From positions 6,076,001 to 6,140,000 of the forward strand of contig JBHGNT010000015.1 in the NCBI GenBank assembly GCA_043228905.1: a stretch of DNA of 64,000 nt, written 5' to 3'. A model generated the notes under the pieces. That model was not told the DNA's origin, did no database searches, and worked only from the letters and a program-made list of their open reading frames with translations. This stretch comes from Azolla caroliniana (Eukaryota; Plantae; Polypodiophyta). Positions 37,637 through 51,500 of the stretch are shown here, piece after piece (the stretch's first letter is position 1; each line of letters starts with the position of its first letter). The translations under genes and the position numbers were made by a program.

Positions 37637-39885
37637 CTCCGGTCGCCTTCTACTCTCGGAAGTTTACAACGCCTGAAATCAATTATCCGGTCTATGACAA
37701 GGAGCTTGCAACTATCATCTCGGCCTTCGCCGAATGGCGACCCTATTTGGTTGGGGCCCAACATCGTATTCAGGTGCTAACCGACCACAAGAATCTCATC
37801 TACTTCACCACCACTCGTACGTTGAATCGGCGGCAGGCTCACTAGTCATCTTTTCTCGCTTACAACGACTTCGAAATCTTGTTTCGACCCGACGTTCAAC
37901 ATGGGAAAGTGGATGCTCTCTCTCGGTGACCTGACTTTGGACTACGCCCAAGTGACGACGCATATTCTCAGCAATTGCATTGGTTATTGCAGCCCGATCA
38001 ACTCCACATGTTCGCATATGTTGCATGATGATTCATTGCTCAAAGAGATAGCCCAAGCAACCATGTTGGACCCTTTCACTGCTGACATCATGGCGCACCT
38101 CAACAACCCACCCTAGGAAATGCAAAGCTCGGATCTCAGTCACTTTACAACTCAGGATGGGCTACTCTATCATAATCATCTCCTTTACGTACCAACTGGC
38201 ACATGTCGCATCCGAGTACTACAAACTTGCCACGATGATCCTCTTGCCGGACACTTTGGGGTCGCGAAAACGCTAGCGTTGCTATCTCGGGGGTTTTGGT
38301 GGCCCCAACCTTGGAAATTGGTCAAAGAATTTATCAAAATTTCTAACATCTGTGCTCGCTCCAAAGCGGCTCACCATCATCCATACAACCTTCTACACCC
38401 ACTTCCAATTCCCAGTCGACCTTGGGCATCTCTCTCCATGGGCTTTATGACCGACCTTCCTCGGGTCGGTGACCATGACACGGTGCTAGTGGTCGTCGAT
38501 CGGTTTTCGACGATGGCTCACTTTGTCCCATGTGCGAAAACCATTTCGGGGGAGGAGACGATTGACCTTTTTCTGAAAAACGTCGTCCAATTACAGCTTC
38601 CTTGAGGATGTCACTTCTGATCGAGGTCCTCAATTGATCTCCCACTTCTGGTGTCGACTTCTATAGAAATTCGGGACTTCTGTGAACTTGTCAATCGCGC
38701 ACCACCCTCAAACTGATGGCCAAACCGAAAGAGTCAACCAAATCCTCGCACAATACCTCCAGTGTACAATTAGCTACCAACAAGATGATTGGGTGGACTT
38801 CCTTGCCATGTTGGAATTTGCCTACAATAATAGTATCCATGCCTCAACTAAGGTTTCCCCATTCTTTGCAAACTACGGTTTCCACCCTCGTTTCAACATT
38901 TCCATTCCGGAGACTTCCATCAATCCGTCGGCCAAGAGGCGTGCCCACACCTTACAAGATGTCCATCGTGACCTCTCCCTCGAGCTCCGTGCCATTGGCA
39001 AACAATATAAAGCTCACACTGACCGACATCGCTTGGTCACTCCGGCTCCGACCTTCGCAATCGGTGACATGGTTTGGCTACTATGTCGCCACATCACGAT
39101 TCACAACCACCCGTCCATGCGCGAAGCTCAATTACAGAAAGCTAGGCCCCTTCCGTATCCTCGAGCACGTTAACCCAATTGCCTTCCAATTAGCGCTTCC
39201 CCCCACATTTCGGCTTCACAATGTTTTCCACGTCTCTCTCCTCGAACCCTACCATCCTTCTCACATTCCGGGACGACCACCTCCTCCTCCGCCACCTATG
39301 GAATTATCGACAGGTGAAGAGTACGAGGTTGACTGGATCCTTGACTCCCGCTTGCGTCGCCAAAAACTTCAATACTTGGTTTATGGAATGGTTACCCTCT
39401 TTCGGACGCCACATGGGAACCAATTGCACATTTACGAAATGCACTGGAGACAATTCGTGCTTTTCATCAACCGACCGCGGGTGTTAGGAGGCGGCCTTAA
39501 AGGGAAGATAATGTCATAGACATATGCCACGGAGGAAGATAGGGATTGAACCCAAGACCTCATGATCTCTATTGGGAACCCTATCAATTGAGCTACCTAT
39601 GCATCCTTGTACCAAATCCAACTTCATCTAGTCTAGATTGAACATTGGAAGTTTCTAGCTTGCACGCATTCTCATGCATTCTCTATTGCATGCATCCTCA
39701 TGCATACTCTATTTCTAGCTGGCTTACATAGTCATACCTTCTTGTATAAATACTCAGGTGCACCTTGATTCTAATCAAGGTGAACAACACCAGTTACGGA
39801 TTCTATAGGTTGAGTTCTTGTTCTTTTCCTCTCTCTTGTGTTCTTTTCTTGTGTTCTCTTTGCTCTATTATACTTGTCCGTGACA
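37637..39885 (+). mobile_element. Tcn1-like chromovirus copy 2, 5'-truncated (RNase H-integrase-chromodomain, PPT, 3' LTR 39512-39885)
   Basis: Colinear with about 410-2194; EEYEVDWILDSR chromodomain; PPT aaagggaagataa. Confidence 0.92.
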
Positions 39886-42800
39886 CCATGTGCTTCTACT
39901 GTGGGAAGCCGGGGCACTTCCAGAAGAACCGTCGACACTTCCGGAAAGACAAAGGGGCTGACACCACCGATTCAAAGAAGAGTTTGGACTGAAATGGATT
40001 GGACCGTAGAGGTCTGGATCGGAAAGGAACGTCGACGATCGCGACAAGTGAAGAAGAACTACTACTCATCACCGAGGAGAATGAGTTAAACCTTGTCGGT
40101 GACGAGGCAATGTGGGTTGTCGATTCCGGTGCCGTGAAGATCCGTCACTACGTGCAGATCGTGAGTCGGAACCGCCGGGGTCTTGGACTAGAAGGACTCG
40201 AAGTTTGCACTAGCGTTAGCGAGAAAGGAATTAAGATAGATTGAAAGAGAGAGAGATTGAGATAAGATAGAACACTTGACTTTAGATTGAGAGAGATTAA
40301 GATTGAACTTTTGACTTTAGATTTGAAGAACAAGATTGATACATCAATTGGATAACGAATTTCTTACTTTTTATTTTCTTGATTAATACATTGCCCCCTT
40401 TGATCTTTTTCATCCACCCTTTTATAGATGCTCCCATGCATATGATACATGTGAGGGTACAAGACATGCATGTGATGCATGGAATGTAAAACTATAATGA
40501 TAGAAAAAACATTTCTAAGAAATGACATAACATAGTGGTAAGTCTATTGCCTCCTATCTTAGAGGTGTAAGGTTCAAGTCTTGCTTACATCCCTTTTAAA
40601 GCACAAAATACTATTAGGCTTTTGGACCAAATATATTTAAAACACCATGCACCGCGATCAACTGACCTGACCAATCCATCTGATTTGCATCCATTCGGTC
40701 TAGCCCGGTTTAGTCCACATCCCAAGGTCATCGGATGCCAGTAACCGAGTTTGCCGACACCAGTCAGTTGCCGGTTGCCGGTTGCCGATTCCGTCGCCGA
40801 TCGACGCATCTCGAGTTGGTTCGGTTTGCATCCTGAGGTTCCGTCCGTCTGTCCGGTTTCGGCTCCGTCGCCGTCCAAAACCAATGAACTAGGCTACATT
40901 CATTCATCAAGTCATTCAACTCATCCTTTCTATTCTCCACATATGGACACAAAGATAATAGCTTTTGCTCTGCATTATATATGGTGAGATCCTTATTTGT
41001 CTTGTCTATGTGGGATATCTCACAAATTTTTATTTTTCTATTTTTCTTTGCAAACTTCATACCCACATAACTTGACACTTAGATGTCCGTTTGTTATGTA
41101 GCAAAGTGCATTCAAAATCTCTTCAAGACCTCCATCTTTTTGTACGAAGATATTAAAATTATTTAAAATAGTATCTTCAATATTATTGTTTTATATTTCG
41201 TGAGAAGAACCACACTCGATTTTGTATGTTCCTCACAAGTTTCACACTATCGCCGAAAACCTTCATGACACCGGAGCATCGTTCCACCTGACACCGGGTC
41301 GGAAATGCTTCTTGTCCTACAATACCGGAGATCTCGATTGTTTCCAAATGGGGAATGAAGGGTCATGCTGAATTGTTGGCATAGGAGATGTGTGGTTGAA
41401 GACATCAACCAGATGCAAGCTATTGCCAAAGGATATCCGACATGTTTCGGAGGTTCGATTGAACCTGATATTAGCTAGTCGGCTAGATGATGAAGGCTAC
41501 ATGGGTAACATGCGGAACGGAGTCATGAAGTTCAGCAAGGGAAGCCTGATCGTGGCTCGAGCCTGAAATATCAACACACATATTTGATGCATGCTCAGAT
41601 ATGCCAGGAAGAAGTGAACGTAGTATCCGACATTGTCGGTGAGCTGTGGCACAAGAGGTTGTGTCACACGAGCCAGAAGGGGATGTAGAGACTTGCCGAG
41701 GACAACCTCATTCCGGAGATGAAGGACATGCAGCTTGAGAAGTGCACCGACTGCCTAACCGGCAAGCAAAACCGAACCTCCTTTTGAACAAGGCCACCGA
41801 TGAGACGGAATGCACCGCGTGGAGCTGGTGCATACCGATGTGTGTCAAGTGGACATGAAGTCACATGCCAGATCGTAGTACTTCATGACGTTCATAGATG
41901 ACCACAACCGGAAGCTGTGGGTATCACCATTGAAGATGAAGGACCAAGTGTTGTTTGTCTTCAAAGAGCTCCACACGAGAGTGGAAAGAGAAATTGATTG
42001 GAAGCTGAAGGCGGTTCGAGCAAATAACGTAGGCAAATACCAGGGTCAGTTCAAGGAGTACTACCGATCGAAGGGAATCCGTCTCGAATTTACCATGCCG
42101 AAGACACCAAAAATAAACGGATTGGCCGAACGGATGAACTGGACCATGATGGAGAGAGTCCAGAGCATGCTTGTGTATGCAATGTTACCCAAGATGTTTT
42201 GGGCTGAGGCGTTGATGACAATGACCTACATGATAAACAGATATCCCTCACCACTCTTGAACAGAGACACACCGTAGAGAGTATGGACTAGAAAAGATGT
42301 GTCCTACCGGCATTTGAAGGTGTTCGGGTGTCTCGCTTATGTGCATGTAGCAAAGGACAAGAGTGCGACATTGGATACAAAATCCCAACCATGCATATTC
42401 CTTGGATATAACGATGATGAGTTCAGCTACCGAGTGTGGGACTTGGTCGACAAGAAGGTGTTCTGGAGTTGAGACATAGTCTTCATGGAACACAAGACTA
42501 TTTCCGACTAGGAGTTGGAGAAGAAGATAACAGACTTCGGATTGACTGACAAAGATCAGTCAAAAGACATAAGGACTCATCCGGCTGGGAGCCGGACGAC
42601 ACTCAAAGAACTGGTCGGAGTCGGACAAGAATCCGGACCTAATGGGAAGAAGTTTTGGACACTGAAACAGATCAAGACCCCAAATTGGATTTGGATGAAG
42701 AACAAACGAAGGAACCGGTTGTTGAAGACCAAGGACGGAGATACCCTCTCAGAGAGAGAAGAGCCCCCACAGATTTCCGGATGTAGAGCACGTATTTGTT

Positions 42801-44611
42801 GACCAATGAGGGGGAGCCGGAAAACTTTGAAGAAGCAAAGAAAGACACCCACAGCCGCAAGTGGTTGAGTGCCATGCAAGACGAGATGGATTCTCTATAT
42901 GAGAACCACACACGAACTGATGGAGTTGCCGAAAGGAAAAGGGCACTCCGGAACAAGTGGGTGTACAAGCTGAAACCGGGAGACGCCGGAAATCCATCGA
43001 GGTACAAGGCCCAGTTCATGGTGAAGGGTTTTCAACAGAAGAAAGGAGTGGATTTCGACGAAATCTTTGCGCTGGTAGTAAAGATGACATCCATCCGGAC
43101 AATGTTGAGCATTGTGGCAAGCATGGACCTCGAGGTAGAGAAACTGGACGTCATGACAACATTCCTACATGACGACCTCCAAGAAGAGATCTACATGCAG
43201 CAACCAGAAGGATTTGAGAAGAAAGGGAAGGAACACCTGGTGTGCCGGTTGAAGGAGACCTTATACCGACTGAAGCAACCTCCCCAACAATGGTACCGGA
43301 AGTTCGACTCCTTCATGATCGACTAAGGGTACCACAAGATGCAAGCCAACCATTGTGTGTTCGTGAAGAAATTTAACGGAGCTGACTTCCTGATACTCCT
43401 ATTGTATGTAGATGACATGTTGATCGTTAAACTGGACCGAACCAAAATCGGAAATCTAAAGAAGGCTTTGAGCCAAACCTTCTCAATGAAAGATTTGGGT
43501 CCGGCAAGACAGATACTGGGGATGCACATAATCCGGGACCGGTCAAAGAAATTACTATGGCTGTCATAGGAGAAGTACGTGACAAAGGTGCTTAAACGGT
43601 TCAACATGTTGGATGTGAAGCTGGTTGGATCGACACTTCCGGCAAATTGCAACCTGTCCGGAAAGCAAAGCCCAAAGACAAAGGCAGAGAAGTCGGATAT
43701 GATGAAGATACCATATGCCTCTGCCTTCAAAAGCTTAATGTATGCAATGGTGTGCACCCGACTGGATATTGGATATTAGTCAGCCGGTTCATGAGCAATT
43801 CGGGTAGAGAACATTGGGCAACCGTCAAGTGGATCCTCTGGTACTTGAAAGGCACATCGAACCTGTGCCTCCGGTTTGGCTTAGGTAAACCCCAACTCGA
43901 CTGATTCATGGATTCGGTTATGTCGGCTGATGCAGACACCAGTTGGTCTACATCTGGTTATGTCATGACTTATGCAGGGGGAGACGTATCGTGGTAGTTG
44001 AGGTTGCAAAAGTCCGTTGCACTGTCAACGATGGAGGTGGAGTACATGGCAATGGTGGAAGCCAGCAAGGAGATAATCTGGATGAAAGATTTCATTGGAG
44101 AATTAGGGATCCTACAGGAGGAATTCCGGCTCTATTGTGATAGTCAAAGTGCCATCCACCTTGCGAAGAATGTGACCTACCATTCCTGGACGAAATACAT
44201 CCAACGCAAGTACAACTGGATCCGGGATAGAGTAGAAGATCAAGACTTCGTGCTAACGAAGATCCACATGGAGGAGAATGGGTCGGACATGCTGGCCAAG
44301 GTGCTTTCAACCGACAAGCTGGATGCGTGTCGGAGACGAATTGGACTAACGAGACATCCCATGCCGGAGTGAAGGGGGAGATTGTTGGGATTTCGGTTCC
44401 TCCGGATGGGATCTGGATGAGGATCAAGAGGACCAGATCGGATGAACCGGATCCGGATCCGGTGTGAACCAGAAATAGGGACACATGTGTAAATATGTTT
44501 CTAATGGGTTTGTCATGCCTATAATTGTAAATAGTCCTAAAGCCATATAAGTATAAATATAACTTAGGGCAATCATCTTAGGTAGAGGTAGTTATCTTCA
44601 TTCTATTGTAT

Positions 44612-44659
<48 letters not shown>

Positions 44660-44914
44660 AAACGAGTTTTGTTGTAACGGCCGGTTGGCGAAGACATAGA
44701 GCTCGAGGTCCTTGCCGCTAAGTCTTCTGTTGTACCTCCTTTGTCATATAGTGATAGTTGGAGTCTGTGGGCTCCCGTGGATTTTCCCTGTTAGGGTTTT
44801 CCATGTAAACATCCCGCGTCGTCTCTTATGTGTAAGTGTATTAACCTCCATTTCTAGTTTTGTTCTTCCATTAAGTGTCTGAGTCTCGGTTTTGGCCGAC
44901 TGCTATTCAACACA
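39886..44914 (+). mobile_element. Copia A copy 2 (zinc knuckle to 3' LTR, 44383 to about 44914), interrupted by the solo LTR 40130-41270
   Basis: CFYCGKPGHFQKN; WVVDSG|ASFHL split by the insertion; integrase, RT (YVDDML) and RNase H to 44372; PPT gaagggggag; (GA)n inside the LTR. Confidence 0.92.
40130..41270 (-). mobile_element. Solo LTR of the Trp-primed Gypsy group, 4-bp TSD CCGG
   Basis: Termini TGCCGTGAAG...CTTCATGACA; CCGG at 40126-40129 and 41271-41274; shares the gggtcttggactag box with the 55794 and 59978 LTRs. Confidence 0.88.
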
Positions 44915-44983
44915 ACGTCCTTACCTCCTTGGACTATAAAAGGAGAGGAAGGGGCTCTTATGAAGGGTTTCCTATTTTGAGTT

Positions 44984-47900
44984 ATAGGCTCTTCTTCAAC
45001 CGGCATACCAGGTGCTCCTTCCCTTTCTCCATGAATCCTTTCGGTTGCTGCATGTAGATCTCCTCTTCGAGGTCACTGTGAAGGAATGCCGTCTTCACGT
45101 CTAGCTGCTCTACCTCGAGCTCCATGCTTGCCGCTATACTCAACACTGTCCGGATGGAGGTCATCTTTACTACCGGGGCAAATATCTCGTCGAAGTCCAG
45201 GCCCTTCTTCTGCTGGAACCCCTTCACCACAATCCTGTCTTTGTATCTCGGGGGGTTGCCAGCATCTCCCGATTTCAACTTGTACACCCACTTGTTTCGG
45301 AGTGCCCGCTTTCCTTTTGAAAACTCCACCAATTTATACGTATGGTTCTCATGCAGGGAATCCATCTCAGCCTGCATGGCACTTAACCATTTGCGGCTAT
45401 GGGTGTCATCCTTTGCTTCTTCGAAGATTTCCGGCTCTCCCTCATCGGTCAGCAGCACATGCTCTGCATCCGGAAATCTCCAGGGAGCCCTTCTCTCTCT
45501 GAGAGGGTATCTCCGTCTTTGGCCTTCGGCAACCGGCTCCACTATTTGTTCTTCATCTAAATCCGATTCGGGGTCTTGGTCGGTTCCGATTTCAGCTTCC
45601 TCTACTTCTTCTTCTGCCGGTTCGGTATTCTCACCGTAACCGGCAGGTTCCTTGAGTGCTAACCGGTCTCTTGCCGGTTGGGTTTGCTCATCGTAGAATT
45701 GATCCTTACTGGTCGACTCGGGGTTCATTATCTTCTTCTTCGACTCCCAGTCGGCGAGCGTCTTGTCCTCCATGAAGATAATATCTCGACTCCGGAATAC
45801 CTTCTTGTCGACCAGGTCCCACACTCAGTAGCCGAACTCATCGTCGCCGTAACCGAGGAATGTGCATGGCCGGGTCTTCAGAGCTAGTTTTCCTCTCCGG
45901 TCCTTAGCTACATGCACATACGCAATACACCTGAATACCTTCAGATGCCGGTAGGACACTTCCTTACCGGTCCAGACTCTCTGTGGCGTGTCTCCGTCCA
46001 AGGGTACTGAGGGTGATTTGTTTATCACATATGTCGCCGTCGACAGTGCCTCAACCCAAAACTTCTTGGGTAGTTTTGCATGCGCCAACATACTCCGGAC
46101 CCTCTCCATTATGGTCCGGTTCATCCTCTCGGCCAGCCCGTTTAGTTCCGGCGTCTTCGGCACGGTAAATTCAAGCCGGATTCCCTTCGAGCGACAATAC
46201 TCCTCGAACTGCGCCCGGTATTCACCTCCGTTATCTGCTCGAACCGCCTTCATCTTCCGGCCGGTTTCTCTTTCCACTCTCTCGTGTAGCTCTTTGAAGA
46301 CGGATAGCACCTGATCCTTCATCTTCAACGGTGTGGCCCACAGCTTCCGGATGTGGTCATCTATGAATGTCACGAAGTACTGTGATCCGGCATGTGACTT
46401 CGTGTCCACTTGACATACATCAGTATGCACAACTCCAGTGGTGCATTACGTCTCATCGATGGCCTCGATCTGAAGGAGGTTCGGTTTTGTTTACTGGCCA
46501 GACAATCAATGCACTTCTCCAAGTGCACGTTCTTCACTGGAATGAGGTTGTCGTCTGCAAGCCTCTTCATCCCCTTCTCGTTCATGTGACACAGCCTCCT
46601 GTGCCACAACTCTCCGGTAGTGTCGGAAGCCATGTTCACTTCTTCTAGGCATAACCGGGAATTCAACAGGTACAACGTGTTTACCAGCCCGAGCCACAAT
46701 TAGGCTTCCTTTGTTGAACTTCATAACACCGTTCCAGATGCTACCCGTGTAGCCTTCATCATCTAGCCGACCGATTGATATCAGGTTCAGACGAACCTCA
46801 GGAACGTGTCGGACATACTTCAACAGTAGCTTGCATCTAGTTGGTGTTGTCAACCACACGTCTCCTATGCCGACAATTCGACATGTACCTTCATTCCCCA
46901 TCCGGACACAGCCGTGATCACCGGCTGAGTAGGATGAGAAGCATTTCCGGTCCGGGGTAAGGTGGAACGACGCTCCGGAGTCGACCACCCAGGTCATCTC
47001 GTCGCCGGCAAGGTTTAGCTCACTCTCCTCAGTGATGAGCATCAACTCTTCTTCACTTGCCGCGATTGCCGTCGTTCCCTTCCGGTCTGGGCCCCTCCGG
47101 TCTTTACTGTTCCGGTCCGGTGTCCGCTTCGAATCGGTACCGTCGGTTTCCTTGTCTTTTCAGAAGTGCCGACAGTTCTTCTGGAAGTGTCCCGTCTTGC
47201 CGCAATAGAAGCAAGTAGGCCTCCCCTTTGACTTTGACTGTGTTCCCGACTTTTCCCGGTTCTCGGGGCTACGGTTCCTTTGTCTTCCGCGTTCCGATTC
47301 GGTAAGGAGCACTTTGGAGTCGAAGCTCGTATCCTTATCTTTCCGACGCGCCTCCTCATCTAGCAAGCTCGACTTCACTCTTGCTAGGGATAACCGTTTC
47401 CCTTCCGCCCTAGCGTTGCCCAAAGTGACAACCAACATCTCCTAGCTATCTGGGAGGGAACCGAGCAGGAGTAGCGCTAGTACCTCATCGGTGAGAGGTA
47501 CTTCCAATGATGTTGCCTGGTGGATCAGCCCCTGGAAGGCATTCATGTGCTCCGCCATGCTGGAGCCATCTTGATACCGGAGTCTTACTAGCTTCCGGAA
47601 TATCGAAACCTGATTAACAACATTTTTGTTTTGAAACATAATGCCGATCTTCTCCCAGAGCTCATGAGCCTTGCTCTCTTCATTGAAGTTGATGTATAGA
47701 CTCATGTCGATGAAGCACCGGATGTAAGCCGTTGTCTTCATGTGCATCACCTCCCATATCATGGCGTCGATTTTGTCCGGTCTCTTGTCCCCTAACTGAA
47801 CTGGCAACCAAAGATCTTTAACCACGAGCATGTCCCTCATCTTCGACTTCCACATGGAATAGTTGGAGCCGGTGAGCTTGAACATGCCTCCCAACGATTT

Positions 47901-48596
47901 GTCCATTTTCTATGTCATTTCGCTCTGATACCAATTTGACAGGAACACACACTCTGGATGAACAACGCTCGGCCACAACCGAGCCTAGGATAAAACACAG
48001 AAAACGGGTAATGAACGCACGACACAGTGAAGAGAAGAGCACACAGGATGTTAACGTGGAAAAACCCAAACTAGGGAAAAAACCAGGGCAGCCCACAGAC
48101 TGCAAACTATCACTATATCAAAATGTACAATAGTAAAGCACCGAATCAACGACCTCGAGCTTGCTATCTTCGCCACAGGTGGCGGTTACAACAGAGACAA
48201 CGACCTCTTCCTCTCTCTCTCTCTCTCTCTGTACATAGTTACGTGCTCTAATCTTGCACCAACAAGAATGACAACAACAGTACTAAGTTTGCCCTAAGTC
48301 ATATTTATACTAATATGACTTTTCGGCTATTTTCAAATATAGCCCCGATGGACTCTCAGAAACATATTTACGAATATGTCCCTTCATCCAGTGAGCACTC
48401 CTCACCGGGCCTGCATCATCCGGCGTTTGCGGGACACACGTCATCCGGTTCTCACCGGGTCTTCACCTTCCGGCTCTTGCCGCGTACTCGTCATCCGGCT
48501 CTCACCGGGTCTTCCGTTGCCGGGTACTCCACATCCGAGTTTGCTCATCATCACTGTTCTTTTCACTTCCCATCCGGAGGGACCTGTTTCCTAACA
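44984..48596 (-). mobile_element. Copia A copy 3, 3'-truncated in RT; 5' LTR 47937-48596, tRNA-iMet PBS
   Basis: PBS TGGTATCAGAGC (47922-47933); gag starts at 47906 (MDKSLGGMFKLTGSNYSMWK); CCHC, protease VDSGAS, integrase, RT up to CRLKKSL. Confidence 0.94.
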
Positions 48597-51500
48597 ATTA
48601 GTACGACTTCGTCCTTCATTTCGTTTCCCACTAGTCCGTCTTCGGCTGACAACACCTGGCACACATGTGGGACAATGCCACAACACGTCAGACCCCTCCT
48701 CCTTGATTACTCCTCGTAAAAAATATCGAGGATATTGGGTTCCGGTTGGTCCTCGTTGTTCGTTGTGATGGTTGGTGCTATAGTGTGGTTGGGCTCAGAA
48801 TTCTCCGATTCGGGCTGTGGTCCCCGTGTCGTGGCCTCTGCAGCATGCACCACTCCCTCCTGTTGGTCGACCGTCGAATCCTCCCGTAGTGACACCGCCG
48901 TTGGTTCCACCCGTATTTCTTCGTCTGTGCCTGCGGAAGTACGATCGGGGTGTCTTTGTAACTCTGGCGGTTGCGGTGCGAAGGTGTCTATTAATTTGCA
49001 ACTCGAATAATTGACTGACCGATACCAGACTGGGTCAGTGAGCTGCATGAGTGTCCTTTCGATGGCTATGTCTGATGCATCTACAAACATGTGAAATGGT
49101 TTTGACCAAATCGGAGGTTGTACGATTGGTGCTTGTGTAAGCATTAGTTTTAATGCTTCATATGCCTTATCTTCTATCACAGTCCATTTGAACGGTGTGT
49201 GATGTACTGCGGGGTGTAGCGGTGTTGCGAAATCCACTAGATAACGGAGCATGCGGTTGTGCCAATGAATTTGGCCTAGGACGCGGCTAAGTGCCTTTGT
49301 GTTTCCAGGAGCTGGTGCCTTGACGATGGCTATGATTTTCGCAGGATACACCGCGATGGCATCTTTGCTCACTATGTGCCCGAGAAGGGCTTTGCTGGTG
49401 ACTTCGAACGCGCACTTGGCCGGATTGAGGCTGAGACATGCGCCACGACATCGTTCTAAACATAGCCCTAGATGGTGTAAATGATCCCACCGCGTCCCAT
49501 AAACCGCAAAGTCATTGAGGAAAACCTGCATGAATGCAAGGATGAAGTCACCAAAAATCTCGGCGATGATACGTTGGGTGGGCATTGAGTTGCGTAATGG
49601 CCTGGTTGTTAACAAATAAAACAATGGATACTGGACTCACCTTTTTTGATAACTGGGGGTGCCACCAACTCCATAGGTGTCATCTGTTCTTCCCGAGATC
49701 GCTGAAACCACCTGTTGTTACGGGGCTTATGGTGATACTTGCGACGATTATCCTGGTGTCGTTCTTCCTCTGAACTTTTGTCATGGTGGCACTGATTTCT
49801 TGATTGGCGATTTCCTCTGTACGAGCGCGGCTCAACCTGGCCGACGCGATTGTTGGTGGAACGGCAGTTATTGTAGCGACACCCTTCCCGAGGATTGTAA
49901 TGGTCATTGCTCGAGTATTCCTCTTCTTCTTGCTCTTCTTCGTCCGAATACGGATCCTTGTCGCAGTGAAGATGGTTCAGCTAACCTGTACGATGATTAT
50001 TTTGTATATTCCGGTAACACTCCTCCTGTCGACCTTGGTCGTTGTGGTGATTAGTCCGTTGAGGCTCCATACGGCGGACTGACGGTGTGGGCGATATCAC
50101 ATGTTATATTCGCATTGATCCACCGTGTGCACCTATGAATGACAAATAGGGCAGTGGATTCACATGTTGCAATCCACCACAGAATGCCCCGAGTTCAAGC
50201 AAATTGTGCACTGAATGGCTTGCCAGAAGCGGTACTCCTCGTCTCTAGGTAATGCTTGATGCAGCGATGTCATGGACATCCCATCATCCACATCTTCTAA
50301 CTCGAGTTGTAGGGCCTGTTCTATAATTGTGTCCGTTGATTGGCCCGTTAAATTTTGCATATTTAACGTTGTCCAGAAGGGTCAACGCAACGCCGCCAAA
50401 AATGTTTGTTTCGTTTCTTCCTCCATAGGATCTCTTATTAGCTAGCGTCGTATGCTCTAAAACCGCAGGCTGAAATCAACCACAAACTCTTGCGGTAGTT
50501 GTTTAATTGTATAGAATTGATCGATAATCTCGCGTTGCGGAATGCTTCGGTGAAAGAAACATAAAAAAGACGATGGGAGTTGGTCGAATGAGACGAACAA
50601 CGTAATGTCGAGCTGGGAATGCCAACAGGCAGTTCGCCCATCCAGGGTTAATCCAAACTCTATGATTTTGGATGTGTGGGTGTTAGCTTCCGGAAGCTGC
50701 TGTGACATATGGTTCGCATTCCAAACATTTAGGAACGACTGAGCGTGGCCCTTGGCGTTGGTATCTCCGCTAAAGCGAGGGTATGAGAAAGCCATTCCAG
50801 TCAATAGGCTAGTGCTTGAGTAAGTATTGCCGACGTGATGGAGGGGGGTCTGTGAAGTGGTGGTTTCACTATACTGATCAAGTGGAGATAGGACCTCCTG
50901 CCCAATGCCACTTTGTGCGTTGAGCGTCGATTCTAGTGTATACTCCGAGAGAATCAGAAAGCGGTCGTTGAGGCATGGTTTTCGCGTACCGTGTTCTTCC
51001 GCCTTGCGGGTTACGGACCGGGTCTGTGGTCAATCTTGACGAATTAGTTCTCTGGTGCGTTGATGGCTAGACATCCATTCCTTGATGTTCAGCTGTGAGA
51101 ATCATAGATCACCGGGTGTGCCAAAAGTGTTATCGGCTAGGGTTAACACGGCCTACCCTCAGTCCTTCGGGGTACGGCTCAAGAAGATTGTGGTACAGGT
51201 AATGCAGAGCGTAAAAGGCCTAGGCCGGTTAACTATGCCTAATTTTTACATCGCGGGGTATAAGCGAGGGAAGAAGTGTTGTACAAGAGATGACTACAAC
51301 TGAGCTCCTTCGCACCATGCATCGCTCTTTACACTGACACACTTAGTTACCACCCACACAGATACATAAAATTAGAATAGACACACAATTTAAAAAAGAC
51401 AACACGACTATATTCGAAATCACAAAAATAACTCCGCTAGCCCTTTACAAGGTTCCCATGCCCTTTACATATAGGGCGTTGTCGTGAAGAAAACCGTCCC

